From: Auanema rhodensis
Lineage: Eukaryota; Animalia; Nematoda
NCBI GenBank assembly: GCA_964057225.1
Contig: OZ059894.1
Location: 10,478,001-10,542,000 of the forward strand
DNA length: 64,000 bases
Direction of reading: 5' to 3'
Under the pieces are notes generated by a model. That model did no database searches. It was given only the letters and a program-made list of their open reading frames with translations, and was not told the DNA's origin. Positions 12,852 through 28,173 of the stretch are shown here, one piece after another. Position numbers and translations under genes: made by a program. Positions within the stretch are counted from its first letter, which is position 1. Every line of letters begins with the position of its first letter.

Positions 12852-13891
12852 ATGGAGAATTTGCCTGTTATGAGCTCTCCATCTTCCAATGTATCTCCTA
12901 GATTTGAGCGCACGAAAGGTTAGTGTTTTGTATTTTTCTATTCATATTTTTTTATTCAGTTTTAATTGATTGGTATGTATCTCCATATCAAACATTTCAA
13001 GTTAATGATTGTAGAAGTAAAGTTATGAAATTGTCAACTAAAGCTAAAAGCGCTGATTTGTTATCTTCACCAAGTAAGAGCATAAATCTTCTATTTATTT
13101 AAATGCGTTTTAAAGATCGACGTTCTGATTCCGAATCTGAATCTTCTTTTTTTCCCGATTTTGCCTGTGAAGGCAATTCGTTCTTTACGAGCGATGATAC
13201 ATCTTTTGCTTCAATGGTAAGCTTATTCATTCTCTTTTTTTGCGATGTAAATATTTTCTCAGGAACGAATCACACCCGGAAAATCAGTAAAAGTGTTGGG
13301 GCGTTGGAAATTGCGCCGAACAGAGCCTGATGAAGATATACCGGAAACTCCTCCGCAACCAAAAGACGAAGCTGCTGATATATTAGCAACGGCATTGCGA
13401 CTAGGCCAGACTTCATTAAGTAAATGATTGTGCTATACTATAAATAATGAGAACCACGACTTTCAGAAATTCTTGAAAAAGATATGAAACGACGAGCTCC
13501 CCTAGTTGTATCCCCAGTTTCAACTCCAAGACGACGAAATAGGTTTGGAATTTTTCCTTTTTTTTTTTCAAAATTTGATATTCAATTTTTTTATTTTTAA
13601 ACTTTCAGAGAAGAAAATAAAAATGAAGCTGATGCTGTTTCAAGTAAAAGGTATTAGTTTATTTTAGCATGTTTTGTTTAAATGATTTTTTTGTTTTAGA
13701 GAAAAAATTCTCACCCCTACCCTACTAAGGCCTCAACCCGCTAACCCTAGTACTACTATTGATAATTCTACGCCTAAATCAACTTTAACAAGGTAAATTT
13801 TTAAAATTCATCAAGTTAATAGTTATGTGTTTCTAGAAAGCCATTACGTTCTCAAGGGAATCTTCGCATATCATTAGAAGGCGATTATTAG
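12852..13891 (+). CDS. Hypothetical low-complexity protein, S/T-P rich, with a C-terminal D-box-like motif
   Basis: Eight exons joined by canonical GT-AG introns keep one frame; no domain recognised. Confidence 0.7.
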
Positions 13892-14177
13892 TTGAAATAT
13901 ATACATATTGCATGCTCGAGTTTATTACTCAAAAAAGCAAAAAAATTCTAATTTGATTGTGAAACTTATGCACTTAACGTTGTTTACATTTTATAGTAAT
14001 TGCACGAATTGTATATTATTGTATAATAAAATTGAATTTTATTGAAATAAGAATCATTAATACATAAGTTTGCATCTTTCTATACTTAAGTTACAATTAT
14101 ATTCAAACAGTATTTTTATTTTTTACAGAAGAATTTTAATGTTCCTCGAACTATAAAATATATTGAAACTAATTATA

Positions 14178-15707
14178 ATGGAAAAATTACCTACTGAGAT
14201 TCTTCATAAAATATTCTCGTATTTGCCCAGGTATTTCATAAAGTTGACTCAAAGGCATTTCCATCGCTCAGACGACATTTGGAAGTTCTTCAAGAGGTCT
14301 TCAAGCCTAATCAACGTTTAGATAATATTGTCTCAAGGTATATAGTAGATAATCGTCCCCAGAAGACTACTTCAATTAAAATATGTGGCAAAACGAAGCA
14401 GCTTCCAGTTGTATGTTTCATTTTTGATCTCGTTTTTGATTGATTTTTATGTAGGTTCACTCAGAATATTCTATTCTAATTGAGAGAGAACTTGGATGTA
14501 AGGAAATTATTATTTATCATAAACGATCTGCATCGTTCTTTTCTGGACATCCCACCCAATATGGCGTAGCTGGAGATATGGTATTAGTTTCTTTTTTCTT
14601 ACCGGTAATGAGAAAAATTTTTTTATAGGCTTACTTTTGTTATGTTGATGCTTCCTTGACGATGAGAATATCTGTTTTTTGTGATGAACCCTTCAAAACA
14701 CTGCGATATGCTATACTTTCTGAGATAGATCAGACTTTTGTACCTAACTTGAAGTTTCAAGATGTAAGTCTTCTTTTTATTACTTTAGAAATGAAGAAAA
14801 TAAATAAAACTAGCAATCGTGTTGTTTATAAAGAGTTAAACAAAATTTGCTTACAACATGGCATAAGTTTTGAATATATTATTTGTTCTTTAGCTGGTAT
14901 TGAACTCTTGTTTGGTCGAACTATTCAAAGATTGGAAGAAAATTACTGATCCCATGATTTTATCATTGAACTTAACGTCGATGGATTTAAGAGAAGAACC
15001 TGTTGGCTTAATTACGCAATATTGTTTAATTTTTTTTTGTATTACAGGGAATTTTCTGTGAATTCATTTCTATGATTCGTCCAAATGTATTATTTGTTCG
15101 AGATCCAGTTATTAGAGATGGATTATCCATAAGTTCCATATACTCCCGCAAATTTTTCTCTGATAGTGCTGTATGTTATGCTTGTACTTGAAAATTGTTT
15201 TTAAAGCAAGCTTACTTTAGGTGATGCGTTGCTCTCTTGTTCATTTGACGGATGTTGGAAACTGGAGATTTACTAACATAATCCAGTCAATGGCTGAGTT
15301 TATCATAAACGGGAACTGGGTTAACTTGCACATATCTTATGAAGTCGTTCTTACTCATATACCTATCATGCGTGTTTTAGCTGTAAGTTATTTTTGACTC
15401 AATCAAAAATATATTTCATAATTCTTATTCAGAAATGGAATGCTGGCGAAAAAGATATCCATAATATGACTCTTGCCTTATCTTCAAATGCCGTGGCAAT
15501 GAGTATTGTACGAGCTATCGAAAACAGTATCACTTCGGATCAATTGAAGGTTAGAATATTTCACATTTTGTAGTTATAAAATATATTCAGATCGATGAAA
15601 GCTATACGACTACAAGTGATATGACCCGTTTTATCAATGTTAATAACAAATGTTTGTATGTGAGAGTTACTCCTTTCAGTTTTACTGCTAATGTTTATCA
15701 TATGTAA
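14178..15707 (+). CDS. F-box protein
   Basis: N-terminal MEKLPTEILHKIFSYLP F-box signature; open multi-exon frame to TAA 15705-15707. Confidence 0.8.
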
Positions 15708-15962
15708 CATTTCCTCTAGTCACTTGTCTAATACTTTATCACTTTTTTCATGTATATACTAATTCAGTTTGCAAATGTTATACTTTTGGAAAGCTTGATC
15801 TCTATACTTCAAGATTACGGAATATATAGCTTTGATTAAAATGTGAAATGCATTCTATATTTTATTATCAATCTCGTCTTCATTTTTATTATTTTAAAAC
15901 ATATTATTAAATAGTTATATTTACCTGTGCATGTATTCATGATTTATAAATAATTGAGATCA

Positions 15963-18173
15963 TTAATCCAGTGGGATGTCTGTTTGTAATTCAACTTCTG
16001 GTTTAATTGATGGTGTTGGATCAGGAGACGATGATACAAAAGCTGATGAATGAGCTTAAATAGAAAAGAAATAATAAAAACTATTTTGAATCTAAACTTA
16101 CATCCCATGAAGGAATTAATACTACGTTGTAGGTTTAAACGGCGATTATCAAGTTTTATTATACTAACGATAGGATCATAGATTTCTTTTCGAGCTCGTA
16201 GTCCCCACAGAAAATCATTGTGATTGAATTTGTACAATTTTCTGTAAATGAAACGAATTAGTAAAAGGGTTGAGTTACACAACCAACTTTGCCAATTTTA
16301 CAGTGGTATTTGGTAGAGTTTTCATCAAATATCCTTCTACATCATTAGAATTGGCTAACCAATCATAATCAGAATAGAAAAGATACATTGGCACATTGAC
16401 AGCATGCAAATCATAAACTGGTGGCTCAGCCTGAGATGTTGAATTTAATATGGATTAGAAGATAACTAATTGCTTACTGTTCCATAGTGATTAAGATTTC
16501 CTGTTAGTCCATAATCGAAAGAGCTCATACTGCGGCGGCGGACCATTTGAGCAAAGTGTAGCATGTTTCGAACAGATGTTCCAGCTGGGTTATGAGCTAG
16601 GAAGATTCCAATTCTTGTCTGAATAAAAATCAGCTTATACAATAAATTGAATAGAGAAACGAACCGAATTGAGTTGGTTACTATTAGGCCCACTGACAGA
16701 AAATATAAAGTTTTCACAGATGGGATTATTCACAGAAACATCGCATATTATATCAGTTAACATTCGCGTAAAGATATTATTGGACATAAATTCATTATCT
16801 CCGAATATAGAATAGACTAACTGAAACAGTTTTTGATGTATTTTATCATATATATTTATATTTATATATGTCCTAAATCAGTCAATCTCTTCATAGAATC
16901 ATATTTAGCGATCAAAATGTATTTTCTCATATTTTTACGTCAAATTTCACGTCAAATTTACGGGAATAATTGGAATAATCATCATTTCTTGAAAAAGTGC
17001 GTATTTGGTTGCTTTTTTCTCTCTTTTCCTACGTTTATTTGTTTAAAACGTTTATGGTGAATAGTATATTTTGACTCACGTTGAATTGATCATAAATTTT
17101 TCCTAAATAATGGAATAATCCTTGAACGTTAGACATTCTAGCCACAGGTGCAAGAGCAAACATTTTTCTTATCTTAAAATAGTAAATGTTTTTATACAAA
17201 AGTAATATTATCAATTTACTTTATTTTTGAATTCTGGCTGATGACTGAGTTCTGCAAACATAGTTAACGTTCCTTGACTATGACCAACGTAGTACAGAAA
17301 AGGCTGACTAGTTTCATTCAAAACATAATTTATCATAGCGGGTAAATCATATTTAGCCATTTGTTCCCAACTAAATTTTCAAAATATCATGTATTTAATA
17401 GAATATTTACATTACCTAAATCTCCAGAAACGAGCTTCTGAAGACCTGTACTCTGTATGTTTTTTAGAGTATATATTGCCCCTCATATTTCCTAGCCAAA
17501 CATCAAACCCAGAATCAGCAAATATGAATCCTAAAAATTACCGATTGAGAACTCGTTTGATATCATATTCTTCTTTTTTCTTTTTATATATTTATATTTA
17601 TATAGACTTCAAACCTGCAGATTGATGAGGAAGATTCAAAAGCCAAATTGAACTGGTGCAGAGAAGTCCATGTTGTAGAAAAACGACAGGACGATTTGTT
17701 GATGATGACTGTGAATCGTCTTAAGAATATGAATAAGATTTTTTAAAATGAGAGATATGCACTTTTTCCTCGTGGAATTCGATGTAATTGGAGAATATAT
17801 CCATCTTCAGTAACAACATTATGAATTTCCACAGGATAACCCCAATGATTCACTATTTCTGGCTAAATTAATAGGATTAGGTCAAGAAATGACGATTTTT
17901 CCAACTTACAACGTTCATTAAGGCTTCAATATCTAGACTAATTGAAGGCATTGATTTATTTATGAAGTTGAAGTCTTGAAACTGTGGAGTACTAAGGGAT
18001 GGCATAGGTGTCGGTATCATCATGGTGGCATAAGGATTGAATATATCATTCTGGACGGGTGCTCCATACAAAAATTCCCTTCCTTTGAACTGTTGTTGTG
18101 AATGCAAGGAAGGAATTAGAAGCAGGAGAAGGAAAAACGAGAAAAGGATTGAATCGTGAGTCCACGATTGCAT
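15963..18173 (-). CDS. Lysosomal acid lipase-like (lipl family) alpha/beta hydrolase
   Basis: Signal peptide, [37 protein letters not shown], catalytic [13 protein letters not shown]. Confidence 0.95.
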
Positions 18174-19542
18174 AGACGAGATTTTCTGAGCTTGAATCTG
18201 GAAACAAGTCAAAATTCATAATATAGAAAACAAAGAAACAAATAAGTATTACATATGAATCAACAAGTACAATAATTTAAAAAAATTTAAATTATTAATA
18301 ATCGAAAATACAACAGCTTGCGACAAATTCAACAGGTAAACGGTAATGATTCTAGAATGGGCAAAGATTGTGGTCTCTGAAAGGAGGTCAAATAAGAAGA
18401 AGGAAGAGAGGTGATATTTCGAGAGAAATGAAGAAGAACAGAGAAACAAGGACGGACATCTAGATGATGGAGGCCTCACAATCAGTTGAAAGACCTGTAA
18501 ACGTGATACACATGTAATAATATATCGTAGATTTTAAAATTTCTATTTAGTCACGGCTTCTTTCTATTCATCGTTTTTCCAATATGAATGTCTTCATAAT
18601 TTGATGAAAATTTTACCAAAACAACATCATATTCGTCTATAATATAGACATATATCTTGAATTTTCATGTTTATATTGTTGTTCATCAAGTTTACTAACG
18701 TTACTAACGTTACGAATGAAACGAATCAAGGTCATAAACATTCTCTTTAAACGTTCTTTCATATAAAGGTAAAAAGCTAAAAGGGTTTTAGCTATTTATT
18801 TTTATTTATCCAACATCTTTCTTTTCAAAATCAAGATTTCCAGGTCTCACATACTTTTTTGTCATGTGAATAGCTAAAGCCATCATTCAGCTCACCATTA
18901 TCTTTTTTTTATCGAAAATGCGTTGTCATCGTGGATAATGGATTTCAAATATGAAAAGTTAACTTCTTCTGAAATCTCTGGAAGTATGTAAGCAGTGAAA
19001 ATGTTTTTCTTCATGCTTGTACAGACATATGTATATCTGCAATCTGAAGTGAGAAAAGCATCCATTTTTTATGAATGAAAATTCCATTCCAACTGTCAAA
19101 ACTGGCAATAATTTTCAAATGAGCCACTGAAACAGCCATTAATTAGTTGGCAAAGATCTGAACATCTCTCAGTGATGACCATGCTGTCAATCTGATGGTT
19201 ACGAGGCGTTGTTCAAGTATTTTTTTCTCGAAATCGTGACTAATTGCTCTGAGTCCAAGTGGCAGATTGGAAAATCATTAGAAAACTACAAGATTAGTAA
19301 TTACTGTTTTAGTACAAGTATATAACATACTCATAGTTATACTGTATTCATTTGAATTGTTTTGAAGGATATAACTATGATAACCTATCGAGAGCTTCTT
19401 CTAATAAAGCTTCAAGTGATAATGAGAATAAGTTTTAAGCTTTTACTATAATTTAATAGCTTAAAGTTGTAAAAAAAACTATAAACACGAATTGAGAATG
19501 TTTACTACCTCAATAGCATTTTTTTTCAGCTTCAAGAAAAAA

Positions 19543-20948
19543 ATGGCTGCCCTTGTCCGACAAGACTCTGCACACATTGTAAGCCACGCCTTTTTTTTGA
19601 CCTTTTAATTTTTCAAAAAATTCATTGAAGATCTTCTGTTCAGATTTTTTTTAGTCGTTAGTTTAGGGCTTCCTTGCACCCATGCCAAAGGAACAGTATA
19701 TGTGTCAATTGTGTGCTAATCACGGAATATTTAATCAACCTAAAAAAGGCCACAAGCAAAGATGTCCTCATAAGCATTGTTCGTAAGTTTGTATTTTTCT
19801 TTAATATTTTCTCTCTTTTCGTTCTCAGATGTAATCTATGCGCTTTAAATACAAAACGAAGAGCTCTTGATCAAATCGAACGGCATCTTAAAAGTTCAAA
19901 TTCTGGAGAAAAACATTCTACAACTGAAGTGGAAGTAGAAAGACCACTTAGTGTTCTTCCAGGTCAGTTTGAATCTAAACAAACTAAAGAATGAAAACTT
20001 GAGCTGTATGCTCATGATAGAACTTATTTCGTTTGACTCTGAAGGCGCAAAAATACAAACTTGACTTTTCAAAAAAACATTTTACTGGAAAAAAGGGAAA
20101 ATAAATCGAACAAGTTTGAAGAAATTAAACACAAAAAACATGAAAAAAACAAAGACTTATCGAGATCTATCTAGATAATTTACACACATTTTTCACCCCT
20201 ACCTTGGTCGGCTGTCCTTTCATTACTAGCAAACCAATTAATTTCACAACTGTCCAAGCCATTCCAATAGTCTCTTCACTAATCATAGACCACCCACTTA
20301 GATACTTCTCAATCTATCCAGCAACATATGATGATAAAACTTTAATATTTCTCATTTAAGGTTCCAATTCAAACAATAATACCAATCACAATGTACTTAC
20401 CTCTCCATCTCTCTTGCCCTCCCAACAACCTATTCAAGCATTTTCCATTAGGTGAGAAGAATATAAGCTTTTACGAAAAATAAGTTCGGCTTTCGAGAAC
20501 TTGATGAGAAACTATTCACTGTCACCACATTTGAATACAAAGTTACTGTAGTAACTAGCGTTCACGTTTGGTTTTTAACAAAATCCTCCCGTTTTTAAGG
20601 CATTATCGTAGGAAAAAAATAATTAAAGCTTCTCGGTGATCCAACCTGCTTGTATCAGTGTTTGAAAGCTTCCTTATCTGAAACATGTGAAAGGGAATTT
20701 GAAATAATGATCTTACAGTGAAACAAGAAATGTGAATTTAACTCCTTTCTATTCGACAACTCAATTTCCATTAATAGAAGGATCACATGGGAAAGTTTGT
20801 AAGTTTATTGTTTCCAAGTTGACTAAAGTTCAGAAGGGTGAATGTACTTGCAGTTGATGTAGCACTGAGCAACTTTTCCGATGCGTTCAACCAGATTCCT
20901 CAATCTCGACGGAGCATATTCCACAGTGCAGAAGATCTTGCTCGATGA
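19543..20948 (+). CDS. mab-23: DM-domain transcription factor MAB-23
   Basis: MPKEQYMCQLCANHGIFNQPKKGHKQRCPHKHCSCNLCALNTKRRALDQIER matches the MAB-23 DM domain as I recall it; three further exons (about 20361-20451, 20719-20798, 20854-20948) continue the frame. Confidence 0.9.
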
Positions 20949-21302
20949 ACCTCTCTTCTCATCTCTACTCGTTCCCTTTGTTTGTTAATATTTTGTATTT
21001 ATTGAATTCTAATACAGTATTGGATCTCACTGTTTTTTAAGAATTTATAAGAAATCATCGAGAATAATTTGCTGTAAGTGTCGGAAACAGGCACCAATAC
21101 GTCTGGTGTTCATTCCCATTTTTTCCGCTCAGGTTTTTTCATCCCATTTCATGAGGTTTAAGCAATTGACAAACGTCAACTTTAGCTGTGAAATATGCGA
21201 ACAATTAAAATAATACGAATATAATAGAATATTATGTAATTCAGTTATTTCTTTGAAAATTTTCCAAAAACGAAATTTTAAAAAAGGAGTTTCAGCAAAA
21301 AG
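20021..21302 (+). repeat. Direct repeat copy 1 (1282 bp): 3' half of mab-23 plus downstream DNA
   Basis: Identical to 23553-24834 except one mismatch that I could find (T20630 vs A24162). Confidence 0.97.
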
Positions 21303-21932
21303 GAAATCTTTTCTACATTTTTGTGATTAAATAAAAATGAATTATACTTTCCCGGATGAGAAGTGAAACGTGTAACGACGTATGCGTAAATCAGCTACTT
21401 TCTATAGATAAGGACGCTTACGAAACATCATAAAGGCTGGAAATTTAATAGGCTTGTACCAACGTTCATCAAGAATTATCTTTGCAACTCTCTATCCATA
21501 TTATAGACAGGCTAAAGCTATAATTTAACATTCGATTCCTTTGAAAGAAATATTCAGTAGTAACAATTTCCATAAAAAAAATAGTTTCAAAACCACGATT
21601 CTGGGTCGGAATTTCTGAAAAAAAAAACAATTTTATGCTGACATTTGCTGTTATTTTAAGTGTCACGTGCTTGTTTATTAACTTATAAAGGTTTCAATCT
21701 CAATACAGACGTTATATATTATATTTAAAATATGATATTTAAGAGTGTTATCATTATAAGAATTACGATGTCCGGGATGACATATCAATTAATACTTCTA
21801 TTTAAACAATTAGATAAGGATTTCACTTCTATTTCGTATGAAATCGCTTCTTCGGTTGGAGCAATTGTCTGACATCTTGTTTAAATTCTTCGATTCTTGC
21901 ATTATTATTATTAATAATACGGGATTTTTAGG

Positions 21933-23473
21933 ATGAAGTTAGCCATCCTCATTGGCCTCGTCGGCCTTGCAATGGCCGCTGTACACCAGCACAAACTTTC
22001 ATGGCATCCTTCTAGACGTATGCGCCTGAAAGAAAGCGGAGAACTTGAAGCTTATATTGAGCACCAACAAATGCTTCGTACTAGCAACTTAGATAGTGTC
22101 TCCGAAACTGTAAACCTACCTATAATGAGAAATATTCTGAATGAAGAACTTGTAGGTTCTTGATTATGGAGATTATGAATATGTTGGAAACATCACCATC
22201 GGAACTCCACCACAAAACTTCGTTGTTGTACTTGATACTGGATCTGCCAATCTCTGGATTCCAGCCACTAATTGCGAGTAAGTTCCCTACAGACGTTTCC
22301 ATAGTATTGAAATGTAATTCACATTATTTACAGTTTCTCATGCGTTAGAAAGCATAAGTTTGATACCAAAAAGTCCTCCACCTTTAAGGAGAACGGAAAG
22401 CCATGGAAGATCACATACGGTTCTGGAAATGCTAAGGGAGTTTTGGCTGAAGATACTGTCAGAGTATGTTTTTTATATGAATATCAGTACACTTTTGTTA
22501 ATATTTCCTATCGTTGTGTGCACAATTATCTAAGAACTGAACACTGTATGATAACTGTCTTTTAGTTCGGAGCTTCTGGAACCAAGCAACTTGCTGTCCC
22601 AGCTACTACTTTTGGAGTTGCCTCTCATATCTCTTCTGATTTCTTAACTGATCCTGCTGATGGTATTCTTGGTCTTGCTTTCACCACTCTTGCCGTAGAT
22701 AAAGTTGTACCACCTCTTATCAATGCTATCAACCAAAGTATGATCAGATTTGTATAGCACGTATTAATTTTCTAATTAGATTTACTCGACAAGCCTTTGT
22801 TCACTGTCTGGCTTGAGCACAGAGGTGAGTTGAATGGAGTCGGTGGAGGAGTCTTCACTTATGGAGATATTGACACCACAAACTGCGGACCTGTTATTGC
22901 TTATGAACCATTATCTTCTGCCACATACTTTGAGTTCAAGGTAAATGAGAATTTCGGAAGAAACATATAATAATTTTGTTTCCAGACCCATGGATTCAAC
23001 TATGGACCTTTCTCTTCCACTAAGACCGCAAGTGTCATCTCTGACACTGGAACCTCTCTCATTGGAGGAAGCAAGGCTCTTGTAAAATCTTTGGCCGAAG
23101 CCGCTGGAGGAAAAGTATGCTAAGAACCTAGATGAATACTAAAACAGTGATTTTGTTCAGTACAATGCTCAAGAGGAAATCTATACCATTGACTGTAATG
23201 CTCAGCCAGGAAACTTCAACATCGTCATTGGAGCAAACACCTATTCAATTCAACCTGTTAACATGATTCTTAAGGTACACCTATCTAATAGACCAGGATT
23301 ATTCATTAATTGCTTTTCAGAACGGTAAGGATTGCATCCTTGCTCTATTCCCCTTCAGTTCCGGAGGATTCGGACCTTCCTGGATTCTTGGAGATCCATT
23401 CATCCGTCAATACTGTAACATCTATGATATCGGAAACAAAAGAATGGGATTCGCCACTTCTAAGCAGAAGTAA
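21933..23473 (+). CDS. Secreted pepsin-family aspartic protease (ASP-6/ASP-5-like), copy A
   Basis: Signal peptide, [58 protein letters not shown]. Confidence 0.96.
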
Positions 23474-23552
23474 AAGCCAACGTATGATTGTAAATACAAT
23501 AGATAATAAAGATATTCAGACATTACTTGTATCTCTAAATGAAATTATACTA

Positions 23553-24834
23553 AACTTATTTCGTTTGACTCTGAAGGCGCAAAAATACAAACTTGACTTT
23601 TCAAAAAAACATTTTACTGGAAAAAAGGGAAAATAAATCGAACAAGTTTGAAGAAATTAAACACAAAAAACATGAAAAAAACAAAGACTTATCGAGATCT
23701 ATCTAGATAATTTACACACATTTTTCACCCCTACCTTGGTCGGCTGTCCTTTCATTACTAGCAAACCAATTAATTTCACAACTGTCCAAGCCATTCCAAT
23801 AGTCTCTTCACTAATCATAGACCACCCACTTAGATACTTCTCAATCTATCCAGCAACATATGATGATAAAACTTTAATATTTCTCATTTAAGGTTCCAAT
23901 TCAAACAATAATACCAATCACAATGTACTTACCTCTCCATCTCTCTTGCCCTCCCAACAACCTATTCAAGCATTTTCCATTAGGTGAGAAGAATATAAGC
24001 TTTTACGAAAAATAAGTTCGGCTTTCGAGAACTTGATGAGAAACTATTCACTGTCACCACATTTGAATACAAAGTTACTGTAGTAACTAGCGTTCACGTT
24101 TGGTTTTTAACAAAATCCTCCCGTTTTTAAGGCATTATCGTAGGAAAAAAATAATTAAAGCATCTCGGTGATCCAACCTGCTTGTATCAGTGTTTGAAAG
24201 CTTCCTTATCTGAAACATGTGAAAGGGAATTTGAAATAATGATCTTACAGTGAAACAAGAAATGTGAATTTAACTCCTTTCTATTCGACAACTCAATTTC
24301 CATTAATAGAAGGATCACATGGGAAAGTTTGTAAGTTTATTGTTTCCAAGTTGACTAAAGTTCAGAAGGGTGAATGTACTTGCAGTTGATGTAGCACTGA
24401 GCAACTTTTCCGATGCGTTCAACCAGATTCCTCAATCTCGACGGAGCATATTCCACAGTGCAGAAGATCTTGCTCGATGAACCTCTCTTCTCATCTCTAC
24501 TCGTTCCCTTTGTTTGTTAATATTTTGTATTTATTGAATTCTAATACAGTATTGGATCTCACTGTTTTTTAAGAATTTATAAGAAATCATCGAGAATAAT
24601 TTGCTGTAAGTGTCGGAAACAGGCACCAATACGTCTGGTGTTCATTCCCATTTTTTCCGCTCAGGTTTTTTCATCCCATTTCATGAGGTTTAAGCAATTG
24701 ACAAACGTCAACTTTAGCTGTGAAATATGCGAACAATTAAAATAATACGAATATAATAGAATATTATGTAATTCAGTTATTTCTTTGAAAATTTTCCAAA
24801 AACGAAATTTTAAAAAAGGAGTTTCAGCAAAAAG
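23553..24834 (+). repeat. Direct repeat copy 2 (1282 bp): promoterless duplicate of mab-23 exons 4-6 and 3' UTR, no DM domain
   Basis: Offset 3532 bp from copy 1; begins about 80 nt after the copy A protease stop codon. Confidence 0.97.
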
Positions 24835-25362
24835 TAATTTGAAAATAATCCTTCCTACCTTAGGTAAGTATGCACAATTTATAATATAATAATCTTCTCG
24901 AACATAATAGAATGTTGAAAGCAAATTTATTCCTTTGTTCTCGATAACAACAATGATATCTTAAATTAAAAAGTGCAAAATAAAAGTTTGAAATACGATA
25001 TAAATAAGGTTTTAGGCTATTTAATTCTTTCAATTCATGAAAATATGAATTTTAATAAATAATATGTGATTTTAAGCTGTTGTTCTTGTCATATGCAAAC
25101 TTTTAGTCTTCGTGATTGCTCGAAAATTAAAATATATACATATCTGTATATATATGGAGAATACTGTTGTTCATTCCAAGTATTTGCCTTACATTTCTGT
25201 TTTTATTGTCTAATAGAATCAATTGCAGTGACAGCAATTGCTAATTGTTCTGATTCTTATTTTAGGATTTCATAACTCTGTTCAGGTTTATCAAATCCCT
25301 GATTCAAATCTTATAAAACTTAAATTTTATATAAATTCAGCAACATTTCATTTTTTTTCGGA

Positions 25363-26876
<1,514 letters not shown>

Positions 26877-28173
26877 AAATTAAAAATGTATATGTATATG
26901 TAGTTGGTAATTAAAATGAAAATTTCATTCAGAATATTTGATGTTAATAAACAATTAATAATTATCTCTCACATTATATAATCCCTTGTTAATAATAAAA
27001 ATATTTTCGTTCAATTTATTTACCTGATTTACTCTTACATCTACCAGCTCTGTGGCGCCCGCCAGTTTGAATTTGAAAACACGCCAAAAGCATGTGACCA
27101 TTATGCTAATGACCATCTGATTATGCTTCAAAAAAACGCTACGGAGATTTAAAAACATAAACAAGCCAAATTATAAAAATAATATTAATTTAATGCATCA
27201 ATTCCCACAAATATCTATTATATTAATAAACATAAAGAAATTGTAATCGGATCAAGCTTTATGCCAAAATAAAGATTGGCAGCATGCCCTTTAACTAATG
27301 GAAGAAGGCAAAAGAGTGAGATGTGCTATTTTCAATTATGGCTTAGGGGCAAGATCTTACATCTATTCTATGTATGTCATCAGATCAAGCCTCTTCTTTT
27401 ACATTCCCAGTCTCATTTCTATTTTATCTCTATATCTCCATTTTTTCCCTTTCTCTCTACACTTCTTTTTATCTACTTATCCTTCCCTTTTTTGCTCATT
27501 TTATTTTCAGTTTGCTTTGACATTTATTGCTGAAAATATTATAGGTTTTCGTTTCAATTTTCACGATATACATTAATTTTTAAATTGAATAAAACAAATA
27601 GGCTAAGAGATTTCTTTTTTTACGGCTGTGAAGCTAAAAGAAATAATTAACAGAAATGTTGCAACTTATTGCAACCAACCCATTCTTACACATTACCAAA
27701 ACTTGCTTTACTTCACAACTAATCTTCTTCATTTTCTCCTCTTTTTCATTAGGAAAATTACTTCATTCAACTTGCGACTTCAGGAATTGTACTACTTTGA
27801 TACTTTTTGAAGTAGGAATATGCCTCCAAATTAAAAATGAATCGTCATACTTATTTTCTCATCGGCATTCGTCCTACACTTTCGTGAAATCACAAAAGGA
27901 TAGACGAAGCCAATTAAATCACAAAGGCTTTGGCTTAAGCCACATTTCATCTAAACCAATTAGATATCCCTGATTTGTTTCTCTGACTCCAACTTATACG
28001 GTTAATCGTCTATCTAGCTTTTCGTACTTACTAGAATTGGTAGGTTAAACTTCCCATTTTCTATTCTAATACATACACTTATCGTGTATTCTTCTATTTT
28101 ATGTTTTTTTAATATTTTATAACATTTTTACTGAACAACTATGATTTCATTTCACTTCAGCAGGTAGATAAAA

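Noticed and set aside
20200-20310. Minus-strand open stretch with splice-like ends inside the mab-23 intron
   Set aside because: Could not be joined into a coherent gene; the plus-strand mab-23 model explains the region
20021-24834. Direct repeats as LTRs of a retroelement or a composite transposon
   Set aside because: No TG...CA ends, PBS/PPT, target-site duplication, gag/pol or transposase; the repeat is host mab-23 sequence
27276-27973. Several hydrophobic 60-105 aa ORFs
   Set aside because: F/L/I/Y-rich translations of T-rich intergenic DNA with no splice structure or motifs
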